Positions 55,698 through 64,000 of a DNA stretch of 64,000 nucleotides are shown piece after piece. The notes beneath the pieces are model-generated. The model saw only the letters and a program-made list of their open reading frames with translations. It was not told where the DNA came from and searched no databases. The position numbers and the translations under genes were made by a program. Every line of letters begins with the position of its first letter. Position 1 is the stretch's first letter. The stretch lies in NCBI GenBank assembly GCA_046497275.1, contig JAWOFX010000054.1, positions 3,880 to 67,879 of the forward strand. Direction: 5' to 3'. The stretch comes from Promethearchaeia archaeon. Lineage in GTDB: Archaea; Asgardarchaeota; Lokiarchaeia; Sigyniarchaeales; SOKP01.

Positions 55698-56315
55698 TTA
55701 AGGGAATATGCCTAAACCTATAAGTATACTAATTACAGCAAGTATAGAAAGCCCTGTAACTACAACTGTCATTATTATCCCTATTATATTCAATACCAAA
55801 CCCACTATAGCAAGAGAACTTCCAACTTTTTCAACTGTGTTATCTGGATCTAACTCTGATGCTTTTTTACTAATTTTTCTCGATGAAGTAGCAAATATTA
55901 AGCCAATTATAGATAATATTAAAGTTATAACTGTAAAAACTAATCCTAAAATCGGATAATATGACCCACCTGAAGTAATCCTCTCTCCTCTGAATGATAT
56001 CATTCCAGAATATATTCCAAAAATTATAATCGAAATTATAGCGTATGCAAGACATTTACCTGCATAATTGCTTGCTAAATCCTTTTCTTCTGGTTTTTGA
56101 GAACTATAATCTTTAGTTGTTATTTCAGATTCTTTATCTTCTATAGATGGTTCTTCAGGCTTAGTTTCCTTAATTTTTGGTGCTGGTTCTTCAGTCGACG
56201 ATGGTTCAGTTTTTTCAATTTGCGTTTCACTGGGGTTAATAATTTCAGATCCGCAGTTCTGACAGAATTTTTGATCTTCACTTTCTAATTTCGCTCCACA
56301 CATTGGACAATACAT
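55698..56315 (-). CDS. Zinc-ribbon membrane protein (family member 3 of 3)
   Basis: MYCPMCGAKLESEDQKFCQNCGSEI, Pro/Glu-rich linker, TM domain. Confidence 0.6.
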   Translation of the reverse strand: MYCPMCGAKLESEDQKFCQNCGSEIINPSETQIEKTEPSSTEEPAPKIKETKPEEPSIEDKESEITTKDYSSQKPEEKDLASNYAGKCLAYAIISIIIFGIYSGMISFRGERITSGGSYYPILGLVFTVITLILSIIGLIFATSSRKISKKASELDPDNTVEKVGSSLAIVGLVLNIIGIIMTVVVTGLSILAVISILIGLGIFP

Positions 56316-56486
56316 TTGAGTATCACACTAGTTTTTTTAAAGTTCTGATTAATTCTAATTAAATTTAGATTTAATCTTTCTAATATTCTTATCTTAAAAA
56401 AGCTTTAATAAACCATTTTTTGTTACTTAATTAAAAATTGTATTATAAATTATATTTCATGGAGTTAAAGGATAAAATTTATAGAT

Positions 56487-57578
56487 TTAAATTTTGAATT
56501 CTTGATCTATCTCTTTTTTCTCATCTTCTGTAAATTTTTTCACTACTTTTGCAGGAGACCCTATTGCGATTGAATATGGTGGGATATCTTGAGTTACTAC
56601 CGAATTTGCTCCAATAATAGATCCTTTACCTATTGTAACTCCTGGCATTATAAAAGAATATGCACCGATTCTAGCATTTTCACAGATTTTAATAGGAGCA
56701 TAGCTAAAGGTTGTATGTCTTAGTGTCATAGCATTATGAGTTATTAATTTCACTCCAATTCCACAACCACTTCCATCTTCGAATTCAATCAATTCAGGTA
56801 ATAATGGATCAGGTACTGATCTTTCTGAAATATGACAATTATCTCCAATCTTCATTCCTAAAAATTTAAATAAAATATTTCTAGCACGTGGCCATCCGGT
56901 TAGATAGGAAATGATTAATGATAATAAGTGATTAAATGCACCTTTGACAAACCAAGCTATTGAGAATCTTTCTTTTTGCAAATGGTTAGCTATTATTAAC
57001 ATCGGTATGGGAGTGAAAATATGCTGGTCGGTATATATATCTATATGCGTCATTTTTCCTTCAGTTCTTATTTCAAATTCAGGTTTTTCATGTTTCCATA
57101 CATGACGGGCAGAAACCAAATCTTTAAGAAACACGAAAAAATCGATGCTTACTAAAAATAAGATAACATTAAAACCGATATTGACAGGCATTAATAATAA
57201 TAAGAACATAAATCTCGTATTCAAACTAATATCCTTATGAAACAAGATTCCAAAATATGCATAAGTTATTATTATAAAAGTTACAAGCACGATTCCGAAA
57301 AGACTAAATATATACATTATCGAACCGCTTAATTGTTTATTTTTTGCTATATTATATCCTAAGATAAATATTAGCATTAGAAGTACATATGTTATTAAAG
57401 TAATAGCATAGATATATAGTGAATAATCAAAAAAAAACAAGTAAAGAAGGGGAGCTATATTTTCATAAATTAAATCGATTATTGGAATATCAATAAAAAT
57501 TCTATTAATTATAATTAAGATTATGATAGATGCACTTAATAGTAGGAATAAAAAGGCAATTATGAAACTTTTTTTCAT
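56487..57578 (-). CDS. Membrane-anchored hexapeptide-repeat (LbH) acetyltransferase
   Basis: About 160 aa with 4-5 TM helices, then a C-terminal left-handed beta-helix: ICENARIGAYSFIMPGVTIGKGSIIGANSVVTQDIPPYSIAIGSPAKVVKKF. Confidence 0.65.
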   Translation of the reverse strand: MKKSFIIAFLFLLLSASIIILIIINRIFIDIPIIDLIYENIAPLLYLFFFDYSLYIYAITLITYVLLMLIFILGYNIAKNKQLSGSIMYIFSLFGIVLVTFIIITYAYFGILFHKDISLNTRFMFLLLLMPVNIGFNVILFLVSIDFFVFLKDLVSARHVWKHEKPEFEIRTEGKMTHIDIYTDQHIFTPIPMLIIANHLQKERFSIAWFVKGAFNHLLSLIISYLTGWPRARNILFKFLGMKIGDNCHISERSVPDPLLPELIEFEDGSGCGIGVKLITHNAMTLRHTTFSYAPIKICENARIGAYSFIMPGVTIGKGSIIGANSVVTQDIPPYSIAIGSPAKVVKKFTEDEKKEIDQEFKI

Positions 57579-57703
57579 TTTTTTATTATTTAGTGATGTT
57601 AATTAAAATTTAGTTGAATTTAAAGAATAATAATTTAATAATAAATCTAATTTATTATTATTAAGATTAGCTTATTAAAGATTTATTTAATCTCAGAGAA
57701 ATT

Positions 57704-58468
57704 ATGAATATGCAAATGGAAATTGAGAACCCTAAAATTTCTGTTATAATACCGACTTATAATGAAGAAGAAAATATCAAAAGAACTTTATTAGCAATCA
57801 AAGATCAACAAACAAATATTCCTTATGAAATCCTTGTGAGTGATGGAGGGAGTACAGATAATACTGTGAAAATAGCTAGAAACTATGCTAAAGTTTATAA
57901 CTCTCCCCAAAAAGGAAAAGTAAATCAATTAAATTATATTATTAAATATCTCAATAGTGATCTTTTCTTATTTTTAGACGCAGATACGCTTATTGATCCT
58001 TTTTTTATCCAAAAAATTTATAATTTATTCGAGAAAGATGAGGAGCTTTTTGCTTGTAGCGCTCGTTACAAATATTATGACGGACAAGTTTTATCATTTA
58101 AAATGGGTTCATTAAAATTTACTCTTACAGATTATTTTTTTCTAAACTTTTTATCACACACGTGGTATTTTTTTAAAGATCTATTTGGGTATCCAGAGCT
58201 ATCAGGATGTAACATCGCGATTCGCAAAAATGTATTACTTAAAGTAGGAAAATTTAAACAACCTCCAAATTCCTTAGGTATAGACAGAGTACTTTCAGAA
58301 TCTGTTTTATATTATATTAAAAAAATCGGAAGAGGGAAAGTAAAAACGTTAAATTTCTTATCTGTACTAACAAGTGGAAGAAATTTAAGTACGCAGAGAA
58401 GTTTAAAACGCATTAATCAGTATGTAAGGGAAAAAGAGACTTATCGTCAGTTAGTAAGATCAACATAA
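57704..58468 (+). CDS. Glycosyltransferase family 2
   Basis: ISVIIPTYNEEENI, SDGGSTDNT, FLDADT (DxD). Confidence 0.8.
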   Translation: MNMQMEIENPKISVIIPTYNEEENIKRTLLAIKDQQTNIPYEILVSDGGSTDNTVKIARNYAKVYNSPQKGKVNQLNYIIKYLNSDLFLFLDADTLIDPFFIQKIYNLFEKDEELFACSARYKYYDGQVLSFKMGSLKFTLTDYFFLNFLSHTWYFFKDLFGYPELSGCNIAIRKNVLLKVGKFKQPPNSLGIDRVLSESVLYYIKKIGRGKVKTLNFLSVLTSGRNLSTQRSLKRINQYVREKETYRQLVRST

Positions 58469-58514
58469 ATATTAATCATAAATTTTTACAAAAACTACAA
58501 TCAATACTAATTTT

Positions 58515-59267
58515 ATGAAAATTGCTCTCACTTTTGATGTGGAAAGAGATATTCCAAATCTTTTAGATACATATAATGGATTAGAAGTTGGTTTAGGAAA
58601 AATTATAGAAATCTTGGACAGATTTGGAATTAAAGGAACGTTTTTTTGGAATGTTGACGCAGCACGGAAATTTCCAGATATTTTAAGATCTCTAACCCAT
58701 AATGGTCATGAAATAGCTTCACACGGTATGTATCATGAAAGATTAAAAAATTTAAAATTTGAAAAATGTAAAGAATTGATTTCTCAAAGTAAAAAAATTT
58801 TGGAAAATTTATCCAATTCACAAATTTTCGGTTTTAGAGCTCCTTATTTGAAAGCTCCTAACTATTTATTTCAAGTTTTAGAAGAATCTGGATATAAATA
58901 TGATTCTTCTTTAACCAAATTCAATAAAAATCAAGAAGATGATATACACAAATATCAAATTAAGGAATATCCTCCCTATAATTTTAATTTCTATTTTAGA
59001 ATTTCTTTCTTAAATTTTATTTTAAAAAGAACACTTAAAAAACGCGAATTCACTGTATTATTCGCTCACCCTTGGGAGGCAATTGATATTAAGAAATTAT
59101 TAAAGGAAAAAACAGACCGAAAAACTAGAATGAAAAATTTATTTTTAAGACCTGACAGATGGAAAAACACGGGCGAAGAATTTTTAATAAGATTTGAAAA
59201 ATTCATTAAAGAATATATTTCTAAGGAATATAAATTTGTAATCTTAAAGCAAATCGATTGTATTTGA
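58515..59267 (+). CDS. Polysaccharide deacetylase (CE4-like) family protein
   Basis: LTFDVERD, GHEIASHGMYHE, FRAPY motifs. Confidence 0.6.
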   Translation: MKIALTFDVERDIPNLLDTYNGLEVGLGKIIEILDRFGIKGTFFWNVDAARKFPDILRSLTHNGHEIASHGMYHERLKNLKFEKCKELISQSKKILENLSNSQIFGFRAPYLKAPNYLFQVLEESGYKYDSSLTKFNKNQEDDIHKYQIKEYPPYNFNFYFRISFLNFILKRTLKKREFTVLFAHPWEAIDIKKLLKEKTDRKTRMKNLFLRPDRWKNTGEEFLIRFEKFIKEYISKEYKFVILKQIDCI

Positions 59268-59399
59268 GTGAGAATATTTAAAAAATGAAGATTTTAAATA
59301 AATATCAACCTTTTATATGGGATTAAGATTAATTTATATATCTTTTGGATAAAACAAAATATTAATAAAACCTTAAAATATCTTTAAAATATCATAAGC

Positions 59400-60158
59400 A
59401 TGAAAGTTATCATCTTAGCTGGTGGAAAAGGAACTAGATTAAGACCACAAACAAATAATATTCCAAAAGCACTTGTTAAAATTGGAAAACACCCTATTAT
59501 TTGGCATATAATGAAATATTACTCCCATTATGGTTTCAAGAAATTTATTATATGTCTTGGATATAAAGGGAAAGCCTTAAGAGATTATTTTTTAAATTAC
59601 ATTTATCAATTTAGTGATTTTACTATAGATTTAAGGAGTTCTGATATCCACTTTCATAAGAAAACTAATGAAGATTGGAAAGTAACATTAGTAGATACAG
59701 GTTTGGAAACTACGAAAGGTGGAAGAATCAAACAAATTGAAAAATATTTAGATTCTGATATAAATTTACTAACTTATGCAGACGGTTTATCTAATATTAA
59801 TATTAAAGAATTAGTAGACTTTCACAAAAGTCATAAAAGAATATTAACGATAACGGGAGTATCTCCTAATTCAAAATTTGGAAGGATTGTTGAAAAAGAA
59901 GGTAAGGTAATTAATTTTGAAGAAAAAGCAAGAAGTTCTCTGATTAATGGAGGATTTATGGTATTTAACAAAAAGCTATTAAATTACATAGATTTAGAGA
60001 GCGATCTTGAGAGAGACGTATTCGATTATTTAGTAAATATAGGTGAATTAATGGTGTATAAACATAACGGAGAGTGGAAATGTATGGATACAGAAAAGGA
60101 TTATTTAGAGTTAAATGAACTTTGGAATAATAAAGATGCGTTTTGGAGAATTTGGTAA
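59400..60158 (+). CDS. rfbF: Glucose-1-phosphate cytidylyltransferase
   Basis: MKVIILAGGKGTRLRPQTNNIPKALVKIGKHPIIWHIMKYYSHYGFKKFIICLGYKG, VTLVDTGLETTKGGR and INGGFMVFN closely follow RfbF over the full length. Confidence 0.85.
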   Translation: MKVIILAGGKGTRLRPQTNNIPKALVKIGKHPIIWHIMKYYSHYGFKKFIICLGYKGKALRDYFLNYIYQFSDFTIDLRSSDIHFHKKTNEDWKVTLVDTGLETTKGGRIKQIEKYLDSDINLLTYADGLSNINIKELVDFHKSHKRILTITGVSPNSKFGRIVEKEGKVINFEEKARSSLINGGFMVFNKKLLNYIDLESDLERDVFDYLVNIGELMVYKHNGEWKCMDTEKDYLELNELWNNKDAFWRIW

Positions 60159-60300
60159 TTTAAAATATTTTTAAATTGATTTTAGAATGCTTAAAGCTGG
60201 AAAGTAAGAAACTGAATAAAGTATGCTATTCCATACGAATTACTAATAAATAAAAGGTCATAACATTTTTCTTATTATAAAAAAAATAGGTTTAATATCT

Positions 60301-60864
60301 GTGAATAGTCAAAATTATGATCATTTTTTTAGATGTACAAAATGTCAAAAAAGAGGAGCGATATTTTTATTAAAAGTTAATAATAATCAGATCATTATAA
60401 AACAGAGATGTCCTCAGCACGGGGCAAGAAGTTTTAAAGTTCCATTAATAAAATTAGCGGAATATATAGAGTTAATTAAAGATTCAATCTTTCGATGCTA
60501 TAAGTGCGGGGAAAAAACAACTTTACAGAATATCAAATTTAGTGGACCATGGGCATTATTAAAAGGGTATTGTCCCACTCACAAAGATGGATTACCTGTC
60601 CAAAAGATTTGGAGTGCGATCTATATTACAGCGACTGAAATAGATATTGGCAACATTAAGAATATTATAATTTCTGAAAATCAAGAAGAATATCAACATA
60701 AAGAAAATAATATCGATAATTATCATTCTAAATCTCTAGGAAATACTAAGAATGTTTCAAATCCAGAATCCAATATCCCAGAAATAAAGTTTTGTGCGAA
60801 TTGCGGTACGAAAATAAGGGGTGAAGAACGTTATTGCTCTGTATGTGGTTCTAAAATTCGTTAA
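60301..60864 (+). CDS. Multi-zinc-finger protein (two CxxC...CPxH units plus C-terminal zinc ribbon), paralogue 1
   Basis: GTG start. FRCTKCQKRG...RCPQHG; FRCYKCGEK...YCPTHK; FCANCGTKIRGEERYCSVCGSKI. Confidence 0.55.
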   Translation: MNSQNYDHFFRCTKCQKRGAIFLLKVNNNQIIIKQRCPQHGARSFKVPLIKLAEYIELIKDSIFRCYKCGEKTTLQNIKFSGPWALLKGYCPTHKDGLPVQKIWSAIYITATEIDIGNIKNIIISENQEEYQHKENNIDNYHSKSLGNTKNVSNPESNIPEIKFCANCGTKIRGEERYCSVCGSKIR

Positions 60865-61149
60865 TCTCTATATTAATTTTAAAGTTAAGGATTGATGATT
60901 TAGAATAAATTAGCTTTATAACGAATTTAGTGAATAAAAAAACACAATTTTAATAAGAAAGAGTAATCTTACACTGAACTTGAAGATTGAAAAGAGATTT
61001 TTTCTTTTTTATCTCTAATAAATCCTTCTTAACATAAAGAATTTATATTAGATTGTTTTAAGAAATAATCTAATCTTATATGCATTCTTTATAAAACAAA
61101 ATATTTAAATTCCTTAAACAGATAAAAAAAGAATTTTAAATTAAACTCA

Positions 61150-61189
61150 CTTGGAAATCAATAAAACGCGTTTTGGAAAATTTAGCTAA
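61150..61189 (+). pseudogene. Relic of the rfbF 3' end carried along by a tandem duplication
   Basis: cttggaaatcaataaaacgcgttttggaaaatttagctaa parallels ctttggaataataaagatgcgttttggagaatttggtaa (60120-60158, the end of rfbF). Confidence 0.6.
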
Positions 61190-61322
61190 TAATATTTCAA
61201 TATATTTTAAATATACTTAAGGTAAAAACCAACAATAGAATAAATAGTTCTATTCTATACGAAATAGTAACAAATATAAGATGAATTTTTCTTATTTTTA
61301 ATAAAAAGAAGGATTAATTTCT

Positions 61323-61886
61323 ATGTCAAATCAAGATTATAGCCAAGTTTTTAAATGCCCTGAATGTGGGACTGTTGGATCTATATATCTTTTAAAGGTA
61401 GATGGTGAAGATATAATAATAAAGCAGAGATGTCCCACACATGGAGGAAGAAGTTTTAAAATTTTATTAAGAAATTTAGACAAATATCTTCCTTATATAA
61501 ATGACTCAATTTTCAGGTGCTATGAATGTGGTAAAAAAGCCGATTTAGACCGACTTATCTTTACTGGACCATTTGCAAAATTAAGTGTTATATGTCCAAC
61601 ACACCAAAATAAGTTACCAGACCAAAAAATTTGGAGTTTAGTTTATATGCTTGCAAAAGATATGATAACAAAGGAAGATGATGGCAACAATTTAGAAAAA
61701 GAAGACAACATTGAAGCCACCTCTGAGATAATAAAAGATAATGAAGAAATTATTAATACAGAAACAACTGAAAATCAAGAAATTATAAACAATTCTCTCT
61801 CTGATATGAAATTTTGTCCAAATTGTGGTACGAAAATAACGGGGGAAGAAATTTATTGTGCTGGATGCGGCACCAAATTAATTTAG
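61323..61886 (+). CDS. Multi-zinc-finger protein, paralogue 2
   Basis: FKCPECGTVG...RCPTHG; FRCYECGKK...ICPTHQ; FCPNCGTKITGEEIYCAGCGTKL. Same length (187 aa) as paralogue 1. Confidence 0.55.
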   Translation: MSNQDYSQVFKCPECGTVGSIYLLKVDGEDIIIKQRCPTHGGRSFKILLRNLDKYLPYINDSIFRCYECGKKADLDRLIFTGPFAKLSVICPTHQNKLPDQKIWSLVYMLAKDMITKEDDGNNLEKEDNIEATSEIIKDNEEIINTETTENQEIINNSLSDMKFCPNCGTKITGEEIYCAGCGTKLI

Positions 61887-62026
61887 TCTATTTATATAAG
61901 AAATGTTATAAAAAATCAACTTTTTATTTTCATTTTTCTATAAACTGATAATATTTTTTAAAGAAAAACATTCATTAGATCATAAAGCTCTTAAAAAATT
62001 AGCATTAATCTTAAAAAGAAGAAATA

Positions 62027-63187
62027 ATGGATAACAATATAAAAGATCTAATTGATGAGGTGGAAAAGGAGAATGCTACACGTGCTCAAATGGAACATGA
62101 GAATAAATATCTTAAGGAAGAAATAAAGAGATTAAAGTTTACCATAAAAGAGCAGAGTATGATAATTGAGGATCAAGAAAAGAAAATTAGAAAGCAGAAC
62201 ATTATTCCCGATGATATTGAAATCTTAAAGGAGATTATTCAAAAGCAACGAGAAAACTTGGAGAAAAAGAGCAGAAATATAGATAATCTTAAATTTAATA
62301 TAGATAATTTAATAAATGAGCTCCAAGAACTAAGAAGGGAATCATCAGATAAGGTTTCTAAGGATGATTTGATTAGTGCTAACAGTAGAATTGAGGAATT
62401 AAAAGATATAAATTCTAAACAATCAATAGAAATTAGTAAATTAAAATCTGAAATCGCTATTTTAGAAGAAAGACCCCAGCAAGATTTAATAAAGGATCAA
62501 TTAACTAAGGCGGAAACAAGAATAAAACAATTAGAAAGTAGAAATGAAGATTTAATTGCTCAAATAAACTATTTTCAAGATGAATTAGATAAATCCACTC
62601 TAACAATCAAATCAATTAACCAAACGAGAAATCAATTGTTAGATGAAATTCAATCATATAAAGAAAAGATAAAAGATTTGAACTCCGAAATTGAGTCAAT
62701 GAAATCAGAAGTGAAAACAAGAGAACTCAAAAATAAGGAATTAGGAGAAATGAAAGAAAATTTAAATGAAAGAATAGAGAAATTAATTGACGTTTCTAAA
62801 GACTTTAAATATAAGTCTAATTATAATCTTAGTTATCACCCTCTTGACAGATATTCTCCAATTCAATTAATAGAAAGATCCCTCAATTTAATGAATGAAG
62901 AAAATAAACAAAAAATAATTAATTCTTTAATATCCGATTTATCTCATTCTAATTTAGAAATCAGAACTCTCGCGGTAATCATTTTGGGTATAGTGCGTTC
63001 TGATGCAGCTTTTAATGCATTAATAAAATTGAAGAATGATGATAATTGGATTGTTCGATATTATCTAGTTAAAACTTTAAGTAGATATGGTCAAAGGGAA
63101 GGATTAAGGGAAATAATGGTAGAGTTTTTAAAAGATAAAGATATCGATGTAAGGGAATTAGCCTTTTCTTACTTTAATAAGTTTTAA
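62027..63187 (+). CDS. Long coiled-coil protein with C-terminal HEAT/PBS-lyase-like repeats
   Basis: About 260 aa of Glu/Lys/Leu heptad sequence, then SNLEIRTLAVIILG...NDDNWIVRYYLVKTLSRYG...DKDIDVRELA repeats. Confidence 0.5.
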   Translation: MDNNIKDLIDEVEKENATRAQMEHENKYLKEEIKRLKFTIKEQSMIIEDQEKKIRKQNIIPDDIEILKEIIQKQRENLEKKSRNIDNLKFNIDNLINELQELRRESSDKVSKDDLISANSRIEELKDINSKQSIEISKLKSEIAILEERPQQDLIKDQLTKAETRIKQLESRNEDLIAQINYFQDELDKSTLTIKSINQTRNQLLDEIQSYKEKIKDLNSEIESMKSEVKTRELKNKELGEMKENLNERIEKLIDVSKDFKYKSNYNLSYHPLDRYSPIQLIERSLNLMNEENKQKIINSLISDLSHSNLEIRTLAVIILGIVRSDAAFNALIKLKNDDNWIVRYYLVKTLSRYGQREGLREIMVEFLKDKDIDVRELAFSYFNKF

Positions 63188-63279
63188 TTATCTAACATAT
63201 AAAAAAAATTTTAAATAAAATTTGATTATTTTATAAAAAAAGGCCAAAAATTTTTTTAAATTTTGGTTGTTCAAAATTA

Positions 63280-63555
63280 ATGATTATGAGAGATTTTCCA
63301 ACCAATCGATGGAATTGGTCAGATGAGTTAGGAAAGTGGGTATATGCTGAAAGGGATCAAGATGGTAATATTAAATATACCTATCAAGTTAAACCTCCAA
63401 AGGAGTTTCTAATCCTAACTGAAAAATTAGAAGAGATGAATAAAAAATTAATGATCGCTAAAGATGCAGAAGAGAAAATGGAGATTTTTGAACAATTAAT
63501 GGAAATTTCTAAGGAAATGAACAACATGCGCAAAAAAAAGAATGATTCATCTTAG
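63280..63555 (+). CDS. Small hypothetical protein
   Basis: 91 aa, Lys/Glu-rich helical C-terminus. No family recognised. Confidence 0.35.
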   Translation: MIMRDFPTNRWNWSDELGKWVYAERDQDGNIKYTYQVKPPKEFLILTEKLEEMNKKLMIAKDAEEKMEIFEQLMEISKEMNNMRKKKNDSS

Positions 63556-63741
63556 CCTTTCTGTTTTTTTAAGCAATATATGAGTTAAATAAATCATAAT
63601 AATATAAAATTATGAGATATAAATTAATTTCTTAAAATCGTTATAAAATCCTTATAGATTTAATTGAGAATTATTAAATTGAAAGATAAATATTTAATTT
63701 ATTTAAAACTCTACCTCAACTAATAATATTAGGTTATTCAA

Positions 63742-64000
63742 ATGAAAATCGCGGTATCTGGAAAAGGAGGAGTTGGCAAAACTCTTATTGCTGGAACATT
63801 AGCTAGATTATTTGCTAAAGATGGTTATAATGTTTTAGCTATTGATAATGATTCTGCTATGAATTTAAGCTATACTCTTGGTATTGATCCCGAAGTCAAG
63901 AAAGATATAATACCAATTTCAGAGATGAAAGAGTTGGTAAAGGAAAGAACTGAAGTAAAAGGAGGAGGACCAGGAGTGTATAATATAAATCCTAGGGTTT
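63742..64000 (+). CDS. CooC/MinD-type P-loop ATPase; 3' end lies outside the window
   Basis: MKIAVSGKGGVGKTLIAGTLARLFAKDGYNVLAIDNDSAMNL has the deviant Walker A of the Mrp/MinD/CooC group. The frame is open to the window edge. Confidence 0.7.
   Translation, partial: MKIAVSGKGGVGKTLIAGTLARLFAKDGYNVLAIDNDSAMNLSYTLGIDPEVKKDIIPISEMKELVKERTEVKGGGPGVYNINPRV

Noticed and set aside
1-64000. Search for tRNA, rRNA or other structured RNA genes as locally G+C-rich, non-coding islands.
   Set aside because: The only conspicuous G+C-rich island is the IS element, which is coding. Intergenic regions are uniformly AT-rich with only short hairpins. I cannot run tRNAscan or Infernal, so small ncRNAs are not excluded.

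Overview
This is a very AT-rich archaeal chromosomal window (about 30% G+C, judged by eye) with about 55 protein genes. I found no rRNA, tRNA or CRISPR array. Several features suggest an Asgard (Loki-like) archaeon, though this is inference only: a single-domain gelsolin-like protein, two Roadblock/LC7 proteins, a fused ADP-forming acetyl-CoA synthetase, AlaX, and GAGGT-type ribosome binding sites.

The main result is a biosynthetic gene cluster of about 22.5 kb (31341-53880), cut in two by a G+C-richer IS4-like insertion sequence. It contains:
- three B12-binding-domain radical SAM enzymes
- two tandem radical SAM/SPASM enzymes
- an ABBA-type (NphB/CloQ-like) aromatic prenyltransferase
- three U32-like Fe-S TIM-barrel proteins, one fused to an SCP2 lipid-binding domain, which together resemble E. 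coli UbiU/UbiV/UbiT
- two LuxE-like adenylating enzymes
- a sulfotransferase
- a CDP-alcohol phosphatidyltransferase

Five of these otherwise unrelated enzymes carry the same helical module of about 80 aa, which resembles the ChlB/BchB C-terminal 'PCP_red' domain. I know of no characterised pathway with this composition. My working hypothesis is an O2-independent route to a prenylated, hydroxylated/methylated aromatic (quinone-like) or otherwise decorated lipid.

The rest of the window contains:
- an acetone-carboxylase-like acxABC operon
- two segmental duplications that each left a relic of the upstream gene's 3' end
- a frameshifted AAC(3)-family gene
- tandem zinc-ribbon gene families
- a PadR-HAAS pair
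- a small cell-envelope glycan module
- ordinary housekeeping genes

All family assignments come from motif recognition by eye and need HMM or structure confirmation.
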